A program made the translations under genes and the position numbers. This document shows positions 1 to 12,200 of a stretch of 64,000 bases of DNA, one piece after another. The DNA is from Octopus sinensis (taxonomy: Eukaryota). The notes beneath the pieces were generated by a model. That model was not told the origin of the DNA, did not search any database, and was given only the letters and a program-made list of their open reading frames with translations. Positions within the stretch are counted from its first letter, which is position 1. Every line of letters starts with the position of its first letter. Where the stretch lies: contig NC_043008.1 of NCBI RefSeq assembly GCF_006345805.1, positions 4,588,001 to 4,652,000 of the forward strand, read 5' to 3'.

Positions 1-90
1 TATACTATGTAGTCAACAAAATCAAAACCCAACAATGCACATGCACAAAATTAAAAATATAAAATGGTGACAATTTACCCATCACACCCT

Positions 91-172
91 GTATGTGTGT
101 GTGTGTATATATACATACATACATACATATATACATACATACATACATACATACATACATACACACACACAC
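91..172. repeat. Compound microsatellite (GT)/(TA)/(TACA)n/(CA)n
   Basis: Direct reading; source of the YIHT-repeat ORF 95..406. Confidence 0.95.
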
Positions 173-894
173 AATATCATTAATATGTTTCTAATTACAT
201 TGTCTTCATTGTTTTTGTTTTACTTTTTCTGTTTTCTTTTTAGTCCAACCCCCTTTTCAATTATTTCTCTTTCTTATTTTCTATTACCTTCTCATCGCTA
301 TTTCCTTGTGATTGCTGTAATACATTCTTTGATTGATGATGTTTCTGAGGCTAAACACACACCTGCTTCCTTCTTACTACGATATATTTCTTCTTCTTCA
401 AACTGAAATAATTTTTTTATATTTGATTAGTTCTTTTGGAGGTGTTTTTTTTTTTCTCATACATTCTGATAGTCTTATATTCATACATACGTATGTGTAT
501 TCACGTAAATGCGTATGTGCGAATCTTTTGCCTATTTATATGAGTGTGGCTGTGTGTACCATTTATCTGTTTAGTTGGCCAAAATGTTATTTTCCTTTGC
601 AATTCCTTATGAAACACCTTCGTATTTTGGCTGAAATTTAATTTGTTTTATTTTCGAAATCAGTTGATTTCTCTTATTTACAATGATTTATTTGTTTTCT
701 ATTATATGAACCTAAAATTCTAGTCTTATGCACACACACACAACCCACCCACACTCCACAGCTCAAAGCCTTTTCAGTGTTTTTAAATGCAGGGGACAAG
801 TTACAGTCTCAGGATGGCTCCTCGGTGAAATGTTAACAAATTTACTTGTGCCAGTAATATGGCACAAGTAAATTCAGTTTTCAATGACACAACG

Positions 895-1010
<116 letters not shown>

Positions 1011-1460
1011 TGTAATAAAAATGATGATAACAGCAACAACAATGCTTTATTTCAGATATTCTGTATTTATGTGTGTTTTTTTTTAAATAATGCTTTTGGT
1101 ATTTGTTCCTGAAGGTAAATCAAGAATGGATGAGCAAGGATTATTTCATCTTTTGTTGGAGTTTTTTTTAAATGCTAAAAATATTCATCTATCAAAGTTT
1201 TCTTTATTTAAGCGATTCAGTCCTTTTCTTTCTCTTCTTCTGTTTCCATTCCTCATTTTTGTAGTGCTCATATCATTGTTTTTATGTGATGTGATTCTGT
1301 GTGTGTTTGTGTGTGTTTGTGTGTGTGTGTTATATGTATATGTTCAACTAGTGTATTTGCAAATATATGCAAATTTATAAAAATCTCTTTCTACTTTATT
1401 AAATGCATTTGTTGAGAGAGTCATAGCCAGGATACAGACATATAAGATACACACACATAA

Positions 1461-1505
<45 letters not shown>

Positions 1506-1865
1506 TACTCACAGATACATAAATATACTCAATATCATTTGAATTATATGTCTGCATTGAGATTATATAACTAAAAGTTACAAATGGTTTTTGTCAGAAT
1601 TTCCATGCAAACCATAACTCCACCTTCTCATGTATTTTGTTGCTATTAATTCAATTTTATACCTGTTCCTACTTATAAGATACATATTGGTAAATTTACT
1701 CTTTTTAATCAGTACTTTGAAAAACTCAAAGCAAACAAAATATGGCACCTTTATCAGTATTCAATACTTTTATAAATTACATCATGCTCTGGTATAGATC
1801 TTGTGTTGATTTCTTTCTTTCGTTTTTTTTTTTTTTTGTCTTATGAAGAAACACAATCTGGTGTG

Positions 1866-1923
<58 letters not shown>

Positions 1924-1956
1924 CATTTAATGTACACAGTATAAAAGTACACATTG

Positions 1957-2322
1957 CTAATAGTTTCTTGTAGTGGAGACACGAGTCTAGGCATGTTTTT
2001 ATAACACACCTTGTGTCTCCAAGCAATCTTCAGGCCAGGCTCTGAGCACATGGTCTATTCAATTTACAAAACAGGAAGCTGGCACAAGAGAAATCACAAG
2101 AAAAACAAGAAGAAGGTAAATGCGAAAAGTGGAAGAGTTTTTATTGACCCTTCCACTTTTCGCATCTACCTTTTCATTTTTTTCTTGTGATTTCTCTTGT
2201 AGCATCTTCCTGTTTTGTAAATTGAATAGACCATGTGCTCAGAGCCCAAGGATTGCTTGGAAACACAAGGTGTCTTATAAAAACCTGCCTAAACACGTGT
2301 CTCCATTGTAAGAAACTCTTAG
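1957..2322. repeat. Long inverted repeat (foldback), arms ~175 bp, spacer ~14 nt
   Basis: 1957-2135 aligns to the reverse complement of 2150-2322, including a perfect 41-bp run GGCTCTGAGCACATGGTCTATTCAATTTACAAAACAGGAAG; no TSD seen. Confidence 0.93.
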
Positions 2323-2417
2323 TAGCTCATAACTTTATTTTGTGTTCATTAAAAGATATTTATCTGTCACTGGATGAAGTATTTTTTTTTTAATCTTACC
2401 TTAACAGAACAGTAAAT

Positions 2418-2455
<38 letters not shown>

Positions 2456-2792
2456 ATATGCATACATACTTACACATATAGCAAACGAAATATGGAACTC
2501 AGTGTATAGAGTATTGGTATTATTATATCTATTCATTGTGAAGCTACATCAGTGACTCAAAGGCCTATAATTTCATAATAGAGTATATGTCATACTTAAA
2601 TAAGATTTGAAATTTTTCATAGAATATATATGTAGGGAGGAAAGTTTCCTTTAAGAAGAAGATGTATTAAAGACATCAAGTCATTGCAGGAAAGCTGAAA
2701 TTTACTCGGTGATAGTCAAATAAATGCATATGTATACATCCATATAAAGTTGTGTATATAAAAATATTTTTATGTATACTTTTATGCATATG

Positions 2793-3130
2793 TTGCCAGC
2801 CTACCCTGGTACTTGTGCCGGTGGCACGTAAAAAGCACCATCTGTACATGGCTGATGAACAGTGCTGCCTTGACTGGCTTCCATGCCGGTGGCATGTAAA
2901 AAACACCAACTGATCATGGCCGTTGCCAGCCTCCCCTGGCACCTGTGCCGGTGGCACGTAAAAAGCACCCACTACACTCACGGAGTGGTTGGCATTAGGA
3001 ACTGCATCCAGCTGTAGAAACACTGCCAGATCAGACTGGAGCCTGGTGCAGCCTCCTGGCTTCCCAGACGCCAGTCGAACCGTCTAACCCATGCTAGCAT
3101 GGAAAACGGACGTTAAACGATGATGATGAT
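2793..3130 (+). mobile_element. RTE-type LINE 3' UTR fragment with three internal ~65-bp units and (GAT)n tail
   Basis: Near-identical to the 3' UTR of the RTE copy at 47880-48343 (GCCGGTGGCACGTAAAAAGCACC units; ...CCCATGCTAGCATGGAAA..GGACGTTAAACGATGATGAT). Confidence 0.85.
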
Positions 3131-3259
3131 TATATACATATATTTAAAGATGTGTGTGTGTGTGTGTGAAGCTTGTGAGAGGCAATAAAATTCAGTTTCT
3201 ATTATTTTTATCAAAGAAATATTTCCTTGCCATATTCAACTGGAAGTGACTAATTTGGA

Positions 3260-3490
3260 TTGAAGGTTTCAATAGTTGGGATGTTGCACCCATGATCATA
3301 ACAGTATGGTTTCAATTCCTGGACAAGGTTATGCATTATGTTCTTGGGCAAAGCACTTCATTTCACTTTTCACTCAGCTGACAAAAATAAAGAATTCCTA
3401 CGACAGACTGGTGTTCCATCCAGTGGGGGCAAAATACACCCCGCAGAAACCCACCTTATAAGCCTATAGCTTGGAAAGGACCTTTGATCC
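3260..3490 (+). mobile_element. tRNA-headed SINE with CCT(A/G)CGAC(A/G)GACTGG..TCCAG core
   Basis: B-box-like GGTTTCAATTCC; core and tail shared with 38288-38466 and 63520-63810. Confidence 0.65.
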
Positions 3491-3514
3491 TTTGATATAT
3501 ATAAAGGTGCAGAT

Positions 3515-3880
3515 ATGTGTGTGTGTGGTTAGCAAGTTTACTTTGCAACCACAGGATTTTTGGTTCAGTCCCACTTTATGGTTACTTGGGCATCTGTCTT
3601 CTTCCATGGCTCCAGATCAACCAATGCTTTGTGAGGGAATTTGAGAGTTGGAAATGGTGTGAAAATCTGTTGTGTGGGTGTGTTTTGCATCTATATGCTT
3701 GACCCCACTGTTTAACAACCAGACGTGATTTGACTTCCTAATTTAGTGATTTAGCAAAGCAACACGAAAGAATAGTACCAGACTTCGAAAAAATAATCAA
3801 TGGGTCAATTTGTTCCACTAAATCCTTCAGGGACGTAGCTAGTATAACCAGATCTGATGAGTTAAACAAGTGAAAGAATA
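3515..3880 (+). mobile_element. Decayed SINE, family A
   Basis: Colinear with the well-preserved copy at 32701-33085 (GGTTCAGTCCCACT...; ends ...AACAAGTGAAAGAATAAAA). Confidence 0.75.
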
Positions 3881-3884
3881 AAAT

Positions 3885-3918
<34 letters not shown>

Positions 3919-4149
3919 TATATAAATATGTATGTATGTTAAATAAAATGAAACAACAAAGCCAAGGCTGTGTGGAATTTTCAGGACATTTATAAAGAGA
4001 AAGTTAGTCTTTTAGATACCAATACCTCTCAGATATATATGTGTGTGTGTGTAAAGAGAGAGATATAGACAGACAGACAGACAGATAGATAGATATAACC
4101 CTCACTGTTATTCTTATCTCCATCCTTATTCATCATTCATTACTTCGTT

Positions 4150-4850
4150 ATGTTCACTCCCGTATGCCTCATTACCAAGGTTGCATGCAAGTTGAGTCTG
4201 TGGGTCTCCTCCAGTCCTGTGTATCAACATCCTTCTCTGTCATCTCCTCTGTCATCAAATCTGCCATCACTGAAATATCATCAAACTTTTGCACCCACCA
4301 ACTCACATTCCCCTTTTGCTCGTCCTGCCATCACTTTCCTGTCTCCTGTCTCCTGTATTTTTCTGTTGCTGTAATTAATAAAAACTGCCCCTGCCATCAC
4401 ACATCCTCTCATAATTCTTTCCTTACTGCAAGTCATCATTCCCTCTCCCCCACTGAGCCACTTCCAATTGACCTTCAACCCTTTCTTCTGGTCACCATAT
4501 CCCCACCACATTCATATTCACCATCGACCTCTCCCACCTTTGAATACCATTCACTACATTTTACCCTCAAATACTTCTGGCCTCCACCTCTGTTTATATC
4601 TCTCTTTCACTCTCATCCTCACACTCTTCTATTCACCTCCTCCTACTTTGAAGATACCCTCGGGTACTTGTCACCACCATATCTATCACTCTTTCTGGCA
4701 TCACATCATCGACCCCAACCACAAATAATGTGCAGTAGCCATAAATCTCTTCCACAACAACAAACCTACTCCTGTTTCTTCCTTTTCCATACTTTACTGT
4801 CTCAACAACCCCCATGAGCTGACCACCTTTCTCCTATTCTCCTGCTCAGT
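4150..4850 (-). mobile_element. Heavily decayed RTE-clade LINE, ORF2 C-terminal region
   Basis: Minus-strand remnants EEVNRRV, VRP, KERIMRG..KIQE and MTEKDVDTQDWRR resemble the RTE C-terminus; many stops and frameshifts. Confidence 0.5.
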
Positions 4851-4899
4851 CAAACGGTCTGTTTAATATCTTGGGAGTTTCAAAGCAACTTCACAAATG

Positions 4900-5087
4900 C
4901 TGATTCCATGTTAAAAGCCCCTAATACACCTTGTCAAGTTGATGACATTAGGAAAGACATCCAGCTGTAGAAACTATGCCAAAACTGAGAAACTGGACTA
5001 AAATATGTTCCTTTGACATGTTGGGTCCTGTTCAACTGTTCAACCCATGCCAGCATTGAAAGCAAATGATGATGATGATGATGATGA
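4900..5087 (+). mobile_element. RTE-type 3' tail with (GAT)n
   Basis: CATCCAGCTGTAGAAAC...CAACCCATGCCAGCAT..(GAT)n shared with 48343-proximal sequence. Confidence 0.75.
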
Positions 5088-5109
5088 TATATGGTATATA
5101 TTTATACCC

Positions 5110-5670
5110 GTGCAATAACATTAAACATCTGGCAAAGCATACTTGCTTCCTCTCTTCTCAGTCTTCACAAGTTCTCTATATTCAAAGCCCATCTCTTGCT
5201 GCCATACAGCAATGGACTTCATACACAAGTATCATACAATCTGTCCTTCATTTTGAGGGCTAACACACTTTTGGACACTTGGCCCCGCTACTAATTTGAT
5301 CACCTCAGTAACAACTACTTTTAAGGATCCATTAAGGTATCTGAAAGAATCTGTTTCCCAAATACTCTTAGCTCCTATTGCCCAGATTCCACTGCATATG
5401 CCACCTACCTTCTCTGTTTGCTTCCCTTTCATCCCACAATACCTCTTGTGTAGCCCTTTTTCGTTTTTTTACACTGGGCACACCTTATGGAATTTCTGCA
5501 AATGAAGATAGGCATTCCCTCGCAGCATCAGGTCTGTTCTTCCTTTCAACTAAAATTTGGTTTTCCGAGGCACTTCAACTCGAGGCTTTGCTTCCCAGTC
5601 TGGAATTTTTGTTTCAGTTCTTCTGCAGATTTTGTTAAAAGAGCTGAGTCATCAATTTCTTGGAGTATAT
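5110..5670 (-). mobile_element. Decayed RTE-clade LINE, post-YADD RT and thumb region
   Basis: Minus-strand DDSALLTKSAEELKQKFQ, RNSIRCAQCK, DSFRYL, KDRLYDTCV..LLYGS..W, EASML match the RTE RT region. Confidence 0.8.
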
Positions 5671-5672
5671 GC

Positions 5673-5718
<46 letters not shown>

Positions 5719-5918
5719 ATTTCAGTGACTGGAAGAAAGTAGAATGCTATTATGACACCCTAACCATTAGGCCACACATCTTCGCATATATGCAATGAAG
5801 TGCAAGGAAAATGCATTTTTGAAATATATGCAGTGCATAACTGCTTCTTCCATTCCTTTCATTCACTTACACACATATATATATATATATAATATATATA
5901 TATATAAACACATACATA

Positions 5919-5951
<33 letters not shown>

Positions 5952-6784
5952 TGAGCTAATCCACTTTGGAAAAGAGGATGCCCTGAAACTCCCATACTCC
6001 CTTCCTTCAGGTGAAACTCTCGCGGCGTCCAACAACATCAGAGACTTGGGAGTAATTGTGGACAACAACATAAGCTGGGCCACTCATATAAACACCAAAG
6101 TTGACATGGCCCGCAGAATGTGTTCCTGGATTCTCAGAACTTTCCAGTCGAGAGATATCCACACCATTATCCTTCTCTTCTCCACTTTTGCCTGACCCCA
6201 CCTTGAATACTGTTGTCCACTGTGGTCTCCCCACACAATACAAGGTATCATAAAAGTTGAAGCACCTCAAATGGCAATCACAAAAAAGATAGATGGCATG
6301 ACAGGCCTCGACTATTGGGGTCGACTAGAAAAGCTAAAACTCTATTCTCTCCAACGTCGTCGTGAGCGCTACATCATCTGCATGATGTGGAAAATATTCC
6401 ATCAGCATTGCCCAAATGATGTTGGCATCACCTTTAAGGTACATCCAAGGCTTGGGCCCCGTGCCCTCCGCCCAAAACAAAAATCGCACTCTCATCTCAT
6501 AACAACAATACGGCACAATTATTTCACCTCAATTGGCCCCGCTCTCTTTAACATTACACCAAAACACATTAAAACAGAAACTGACCCTATAGGGTTCAAG
6601 AAGTCTTTGGACAGATTCCTTCAAGAAATCCCGGATAAACCCCCTACACCCTGATATGTCTCTGTAAACAATAACTCTCTACTTGAGTGGGCCATAGTGC
6701 CCAAATTCTGACTTGAAAGACTTCACCAGGTGGTGCTATTAAGTTAGACATGGCCTGGGCCAATAATGGCCGAAACCTATCAAA

Positions 6785-6785
<1 letters not shown>
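5952..6785 (+). mobile_element. 5'-truncated CR1-type LINE (ORF2 C-terminus plus short 3' UTR)
   Basis: One frame 5953-6654 reads ...RDLGVIVD..WATHIN...ILRTF..A*PHLEYCCPLWSP...LKLYSLQRRRERY..WKI...FKKSLDRFL, typical CR1/L2-group thumb region; single internal TGA at 6193-6195 (likely CGA of VRPHLEY); ORF 6271..6654 is its distal part. Confidence 0.92.
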
Positions 6786-7594
<809 letters not shown>

Positions 7595-9101
7595 TAATAC
7601 AAGGTGGTGATACATTAGTGCATTCAGTTGATAAAATGAGAATACATAGTTTTAGATATAAACTTTATCTACATTTTAGTCTTGAATCTTAACTTAAAAA
7701 TCTTGGTTTCTAAGAAACAAGCAATTTATGATCTTTTATACATACATTCACACATATGTGCATGTGTATTAACGTTTATTTTTATGTGAAGCTATGTATA
7801 AAGACACATTTAACATCAAACTGAAGGATTACATGTGGAGTACATATCTGGGAAGTGACAGTGACTTCCAAGTTTTTGCTTGCTTGCTTTTGCCAAACCC
7901 TCTGACAAAGGGGAGCATACTGAAACTTCAGACTTACTGTCAATACTTGGAACTAACTCTAAATGAAAAGCAGCGATAATCTCAGCAAATAAAAATTCTC
8001 CAAAACTGATATGCCATTAAGGAGAGGGACTCATTGATTTAATGGAGGTAAGAGGACAGCTGCTGACATGTGTTTCTGCCTCAGTAACCATCATCAGCAC
8101 AGCAATTGTCCTACCTTATATCTGACAGACAACACCTACACATGCACAAAAGAGCATGTAGCTTAAATTTTTCCTTTTATTGCCTGTCAATTTTGGAGAA
8201 TTCTTGAATCTTTAGACTATCTCCCTCTTTTCATTTCAAGTTGGTCCCAGTTACCAGAAAATGATTGTTCCTAGAAGTAAAGATAATTTCAATAAATCAA
8301 GAATTTATCTTACATTTATATACAATTGTTCTACCATTCCTAAAAGTGGACATAACAAATCAAGAATTTAGCTTGTATGGTATTAAATTTACCCCTACTC
8401 ATCTTTGTTGTTGTTGTGCATGTGTATATACATACATATGTGAGTGTATATATATATCTATCTATCTACCTATTAATGTATCTGTTCTTTTGCCTGTCTA
8501 TCTATCTACATACATGCATATACATACGATAATTGTTGAAAAAATATTGAAATTAACTTTCATATAATTAAATATTTCACTAATTTTATTTTTGGTTTTA
8601 ATTATAGCCCTTGTGTAATGTATGCGCTTGTGTGCATGTATATGTGTGTAGTGTGTAGTGAGTATATATGCTATCATGATGGCATACGTTGGGCAGGATT
8701 TGTTGAAGAAGTATTTTTTGGCAAGATTTCTACATTTGGCCCAAATGTATACAGGCTCATACATATGGATAGAAAGATATATACATAATTATTTATATAC
8801 AATTTTATACATATAATTTAGTTATTGTAGGTTTACTATTAATATCAATACAGATATACATAGATTTATGTGTTTTTTGTTGTGTTTTTGGTATGTTTAT
8901 TCCCAAACAACACTTCTTTTAGTGCTGTTGACACCACCAGATTGAGTGGTACTGCCCAGGTGTCGAAACCATAATGATATCCATGGGGCAGCTGATGATG
9001 GAGGTATGTTGGATTGTTGGCATGGCTGTTTTGTGTGTGTGGAATAGTGTTATATATCCTTTTGATATATGATTGTACATACATAATTTCATGTATGTAT
9101 A

Positions 9102-9170
<69 letters not shown>

Positions 9171-10269
9171 GATATTAACATCTTAATCGAGTGATTAAGA
9201 AGACCGTTCATGCTAGAAAGGACAAATGCATTTAAACGTAAATTTATACGTTTTTTGAATACAGAGTGTTCAATGACTGTACAAAGGGTTTTTTTTTAAA
9301 TCCAGTGTTTCTTATTCCATCAGTTTCTTACCTGAAAATAAATGAAATTTAGAAAAGTTAGTATATATAATTGACAAAAACCTAGTCAGGTTACTTTATT
9401 AAATCAAAAAATCCTCTTCTCTTAGACACACCAGCCATAAGCAAAAAAAGTAAGCATGAGGAGAGATGTTGACATACACTTTCATATTGATTTGTGTATG
9501 TGTTTATGTATCTATATAAATACGTTGATGTGTTTCTCTGTAGGTTCTCCTACACAAACACAGACAGTGATGTGGGCATACTTATGGCTATAGAGACTGT
9601 TGCACACACACAATATAAACGCAAGCAAAAGTAATGCTTTTGCAATGCACAAGTATTTTCTCAAGTTGAATAAAACACAATTTATGATTCAAACTTGTTT
9701 TTCAAATATGTCAATAAAAGATTTTGCCTAAGGCCATAAAACAGATAAAAGTTGTGAGAAATTCCTTAGCTTAGATGCTGACCTGAGTTAGTTGGTGCCC
9801 TTCTTCTGAGACTTTTCTAGTTTCCATAGAAGCAATCCATTTCAATGACATCAACAACAGTTTGCAACTCTCTATGTTTTCCTACAAACTTCATCTTGTG
9901 AGTGTCATATTGCTGTCTCTCTTTGACTTCTTTGAATTTAGAAAACTCGATTGAGTGTCGAGAGCCTGGGGACATTCCTGGTAAGCTTCATTGCATTGCT
10001 TTAACAGTGAAGTAAGACTGTTATCTTCACAAGCCAAAGAGTCTGGTTGTTTTCTGTTTGCTTTACTAAGCAAAGTATGTTTCTGCCTCACTAAGCATCA
10101 TTTTGCATTCAGCTTGCTGTGTCTCTGTTATATTTTCCACATTTCCAGAGCCTCAGCCATGTCTATTTCTAAAATGGCCATTATATTTCTATCCACTGAC
10201 ATCTTGTACAATTCTTGGTAGCCCAAGCAGCAACTGAGACAGGATACTTTTCGGTTTTCAGAATTATTT

Positions 10270-10620
10270 CATGGAACGACTTGCAAAAGAATTTAAGTGC
10301 CAAAATTTTTCAGATTCAGTCACACTGAAGCATCTTGGACAAGTACCTTCTACTATAGCCCCAGGCTGACCAATGCTTTATAAGTGAACCTGCTAGATGT
10401 GATATGTATGTGTGTGTATGCTTGTGTATATATATGTGTGTTTGTGTAGGTTTCCCCACAGTTTGACAACTAGTGCTGGTTTGTTAATGTCCCTGTAACT
10501 AAGTGGTTCAGCAAAAAGGACCAATAGAATAAGTGTCCGGCTGTTCAACTAAACCCTTCAAGGCAGTGTCCCCAGCTTGGCTGCAATCCAATGACTGGAA
10601 CATGTAAAAAGGAAAAAGAA
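10270..10620 (+). mobile_element. Decayed SINE, family A
   Basis: CTACTATAGCCC...TCCCTGTAACT..GGTTCAGCAAAA..ATAGAATAAGT...AATGACTGGAACATGTAAAA, colinear with 32701-33085. Confidence 0.8.
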
Positions 10621-11298
10621 AATTATTAAATAAACATTTAAAAATATAAATAAATAGAAGTAAAGTGTAATTTGGGGAAATAAGCAACAAGGTGTGTATT
10701 TAACCAGTAAGGAATTGGTTAAGTTACTGGAATAGTAAGATATTTGAATAAGTACAGTGTAATAACATTTTTTAAAACAATAAATCAGTCTTGAATCGAA
10801 ATGTTTTAGAGTCAGAGAAATACTGAACATGGATACAAACTGAAAATGAACAAAAGCTAATATAATATTGCATTGACAAAAATAATAAAATAGAAGAATG
10901 GAGAAAACTGGTTAGAAATAATTAACTATTCATATGTAAGCATATATATACCTTTAATTATTGACATATACTTAATGGAGTATGTCAACACACACACACA
11001 TGCGCATGCACACACATACACATAGATATGCCAGTATATATACAGCTACATAAGTGTAGACATGTGTACATTATATTAGACTGTAAAGAAACAAGTATTT
11101 GAAGAAATGTATAACTGTACAAATAGATGCAAATACAAACTAAAATTAGAATCATATATGCAAAAATATTTGTGTGCATTTACATGTGTCTTCGCAAAAA
11201 AGAAACTCATGTTGATCGGATATTGAATTTAGAAATCAAGGGACACCAGCACACATATATGTTCACATGTGTGTTAATCAAGTAGAAATAATCATGGA

Positions 11299-11349
<51 letters not shown>

Positions 11350-11789
11350 CTATTTCTAAGGAGCCATGTCAACATAAAAAGTGAACTGCTGTATGTAAAA
11401 TTATACAACACAACGATGTATGAGACAGAGCTATAGGACATCAAGGGATAATAATAGGAAATGCACAAAGGGAAAGTCATAATTATTAGGGAATAATAGA
11501 AAGACAAGAGCTAACAGATACAAGTATTTAGTAGAGTTAATAAGTATAGTAGAAAAGCCCAAAGGTATGAATACAGGTAAGTACAATAGTAGTGTGTGGG
11601 TTGAAGCCAGAAGACTATGGCATAGGTAAATGTAAATGGCTGTTCATTAATAAAGCAAATATTATAAGTCTAAACTACAATATGCTGGCATAAAGCAACT
11701 CTTTCTGCCCATTAAGGAGGAGTACTTTTAGAAAAAGTCTTTCCTAACTTTTCATTATTCAAAGATTACACAGTTTATAATTTAATTTC

Positions 11790-12200
11790 AGAGTTCTTCT
11801 TTCTGGATATTTACTCACTGGACTCAATAATGGCTTCTCTCATAGCTTCATCTACATTTTCCTGACCCCTGTCTTCCATAAGATCCTTCTGTTTGGATCA
11901 CTTGGTACTTCTTTACCCAACAACCATATTTCTTATACATTACACCTCTTGACTACATTAATCATATCTTTTCCATGCAACATCTAGTTTTTCTTAAACC
12001 CAATTTTCTCTCTGTTCAGCTATAATTTATTATTTATTCACACTAACATAACACAACCACAAAAAAAATTGTCTGCCTCATTTCTTTGCTAGATTTACTT
12101 TATGGTCTCTGTGTTTGGTGCTTATTCTCTGATTCTTCAGCAGACTCAGCTCTCAGAACAAGATCATTAGCATGCAGAAGTTTCTACAAACAGCCAGTTC
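11790..12200 (-). mobile_element. Decayed, internally deleted RTE-clade LINE fragment
   Basis: Minus-strand KLLHANDLVLRAESAEE (YADD decayed to HAND, 12163-12174) and KKYQVIQTEGSYGR (cf. EGTCGRGRP at 47720-47760). Confidence 0.72.

Noticed and set aside
2005-2275. Hammerhead-like pieces in the arms of the long inverted repeat (CTGAAGA in one arm, GAAACAC-AAG-GTGTC in the other)
   Set aside because: Neither arm has the full core, and neither helix I nor helix II can form.
4164-4817. Longest ORF in the track (217 aa, +)
   Set aside because: Antisense shadow of a purine-rich decayed RTE fragment; Ser/Leu/His/Pro-rich with no recognisable domain.
8941-9003. Open segment before a GAG|GTATGT donor
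   Set aside because: The in-frame acceptor lacks a pyrimidine tract, and the better upstream acceptor gives stops in all frames.
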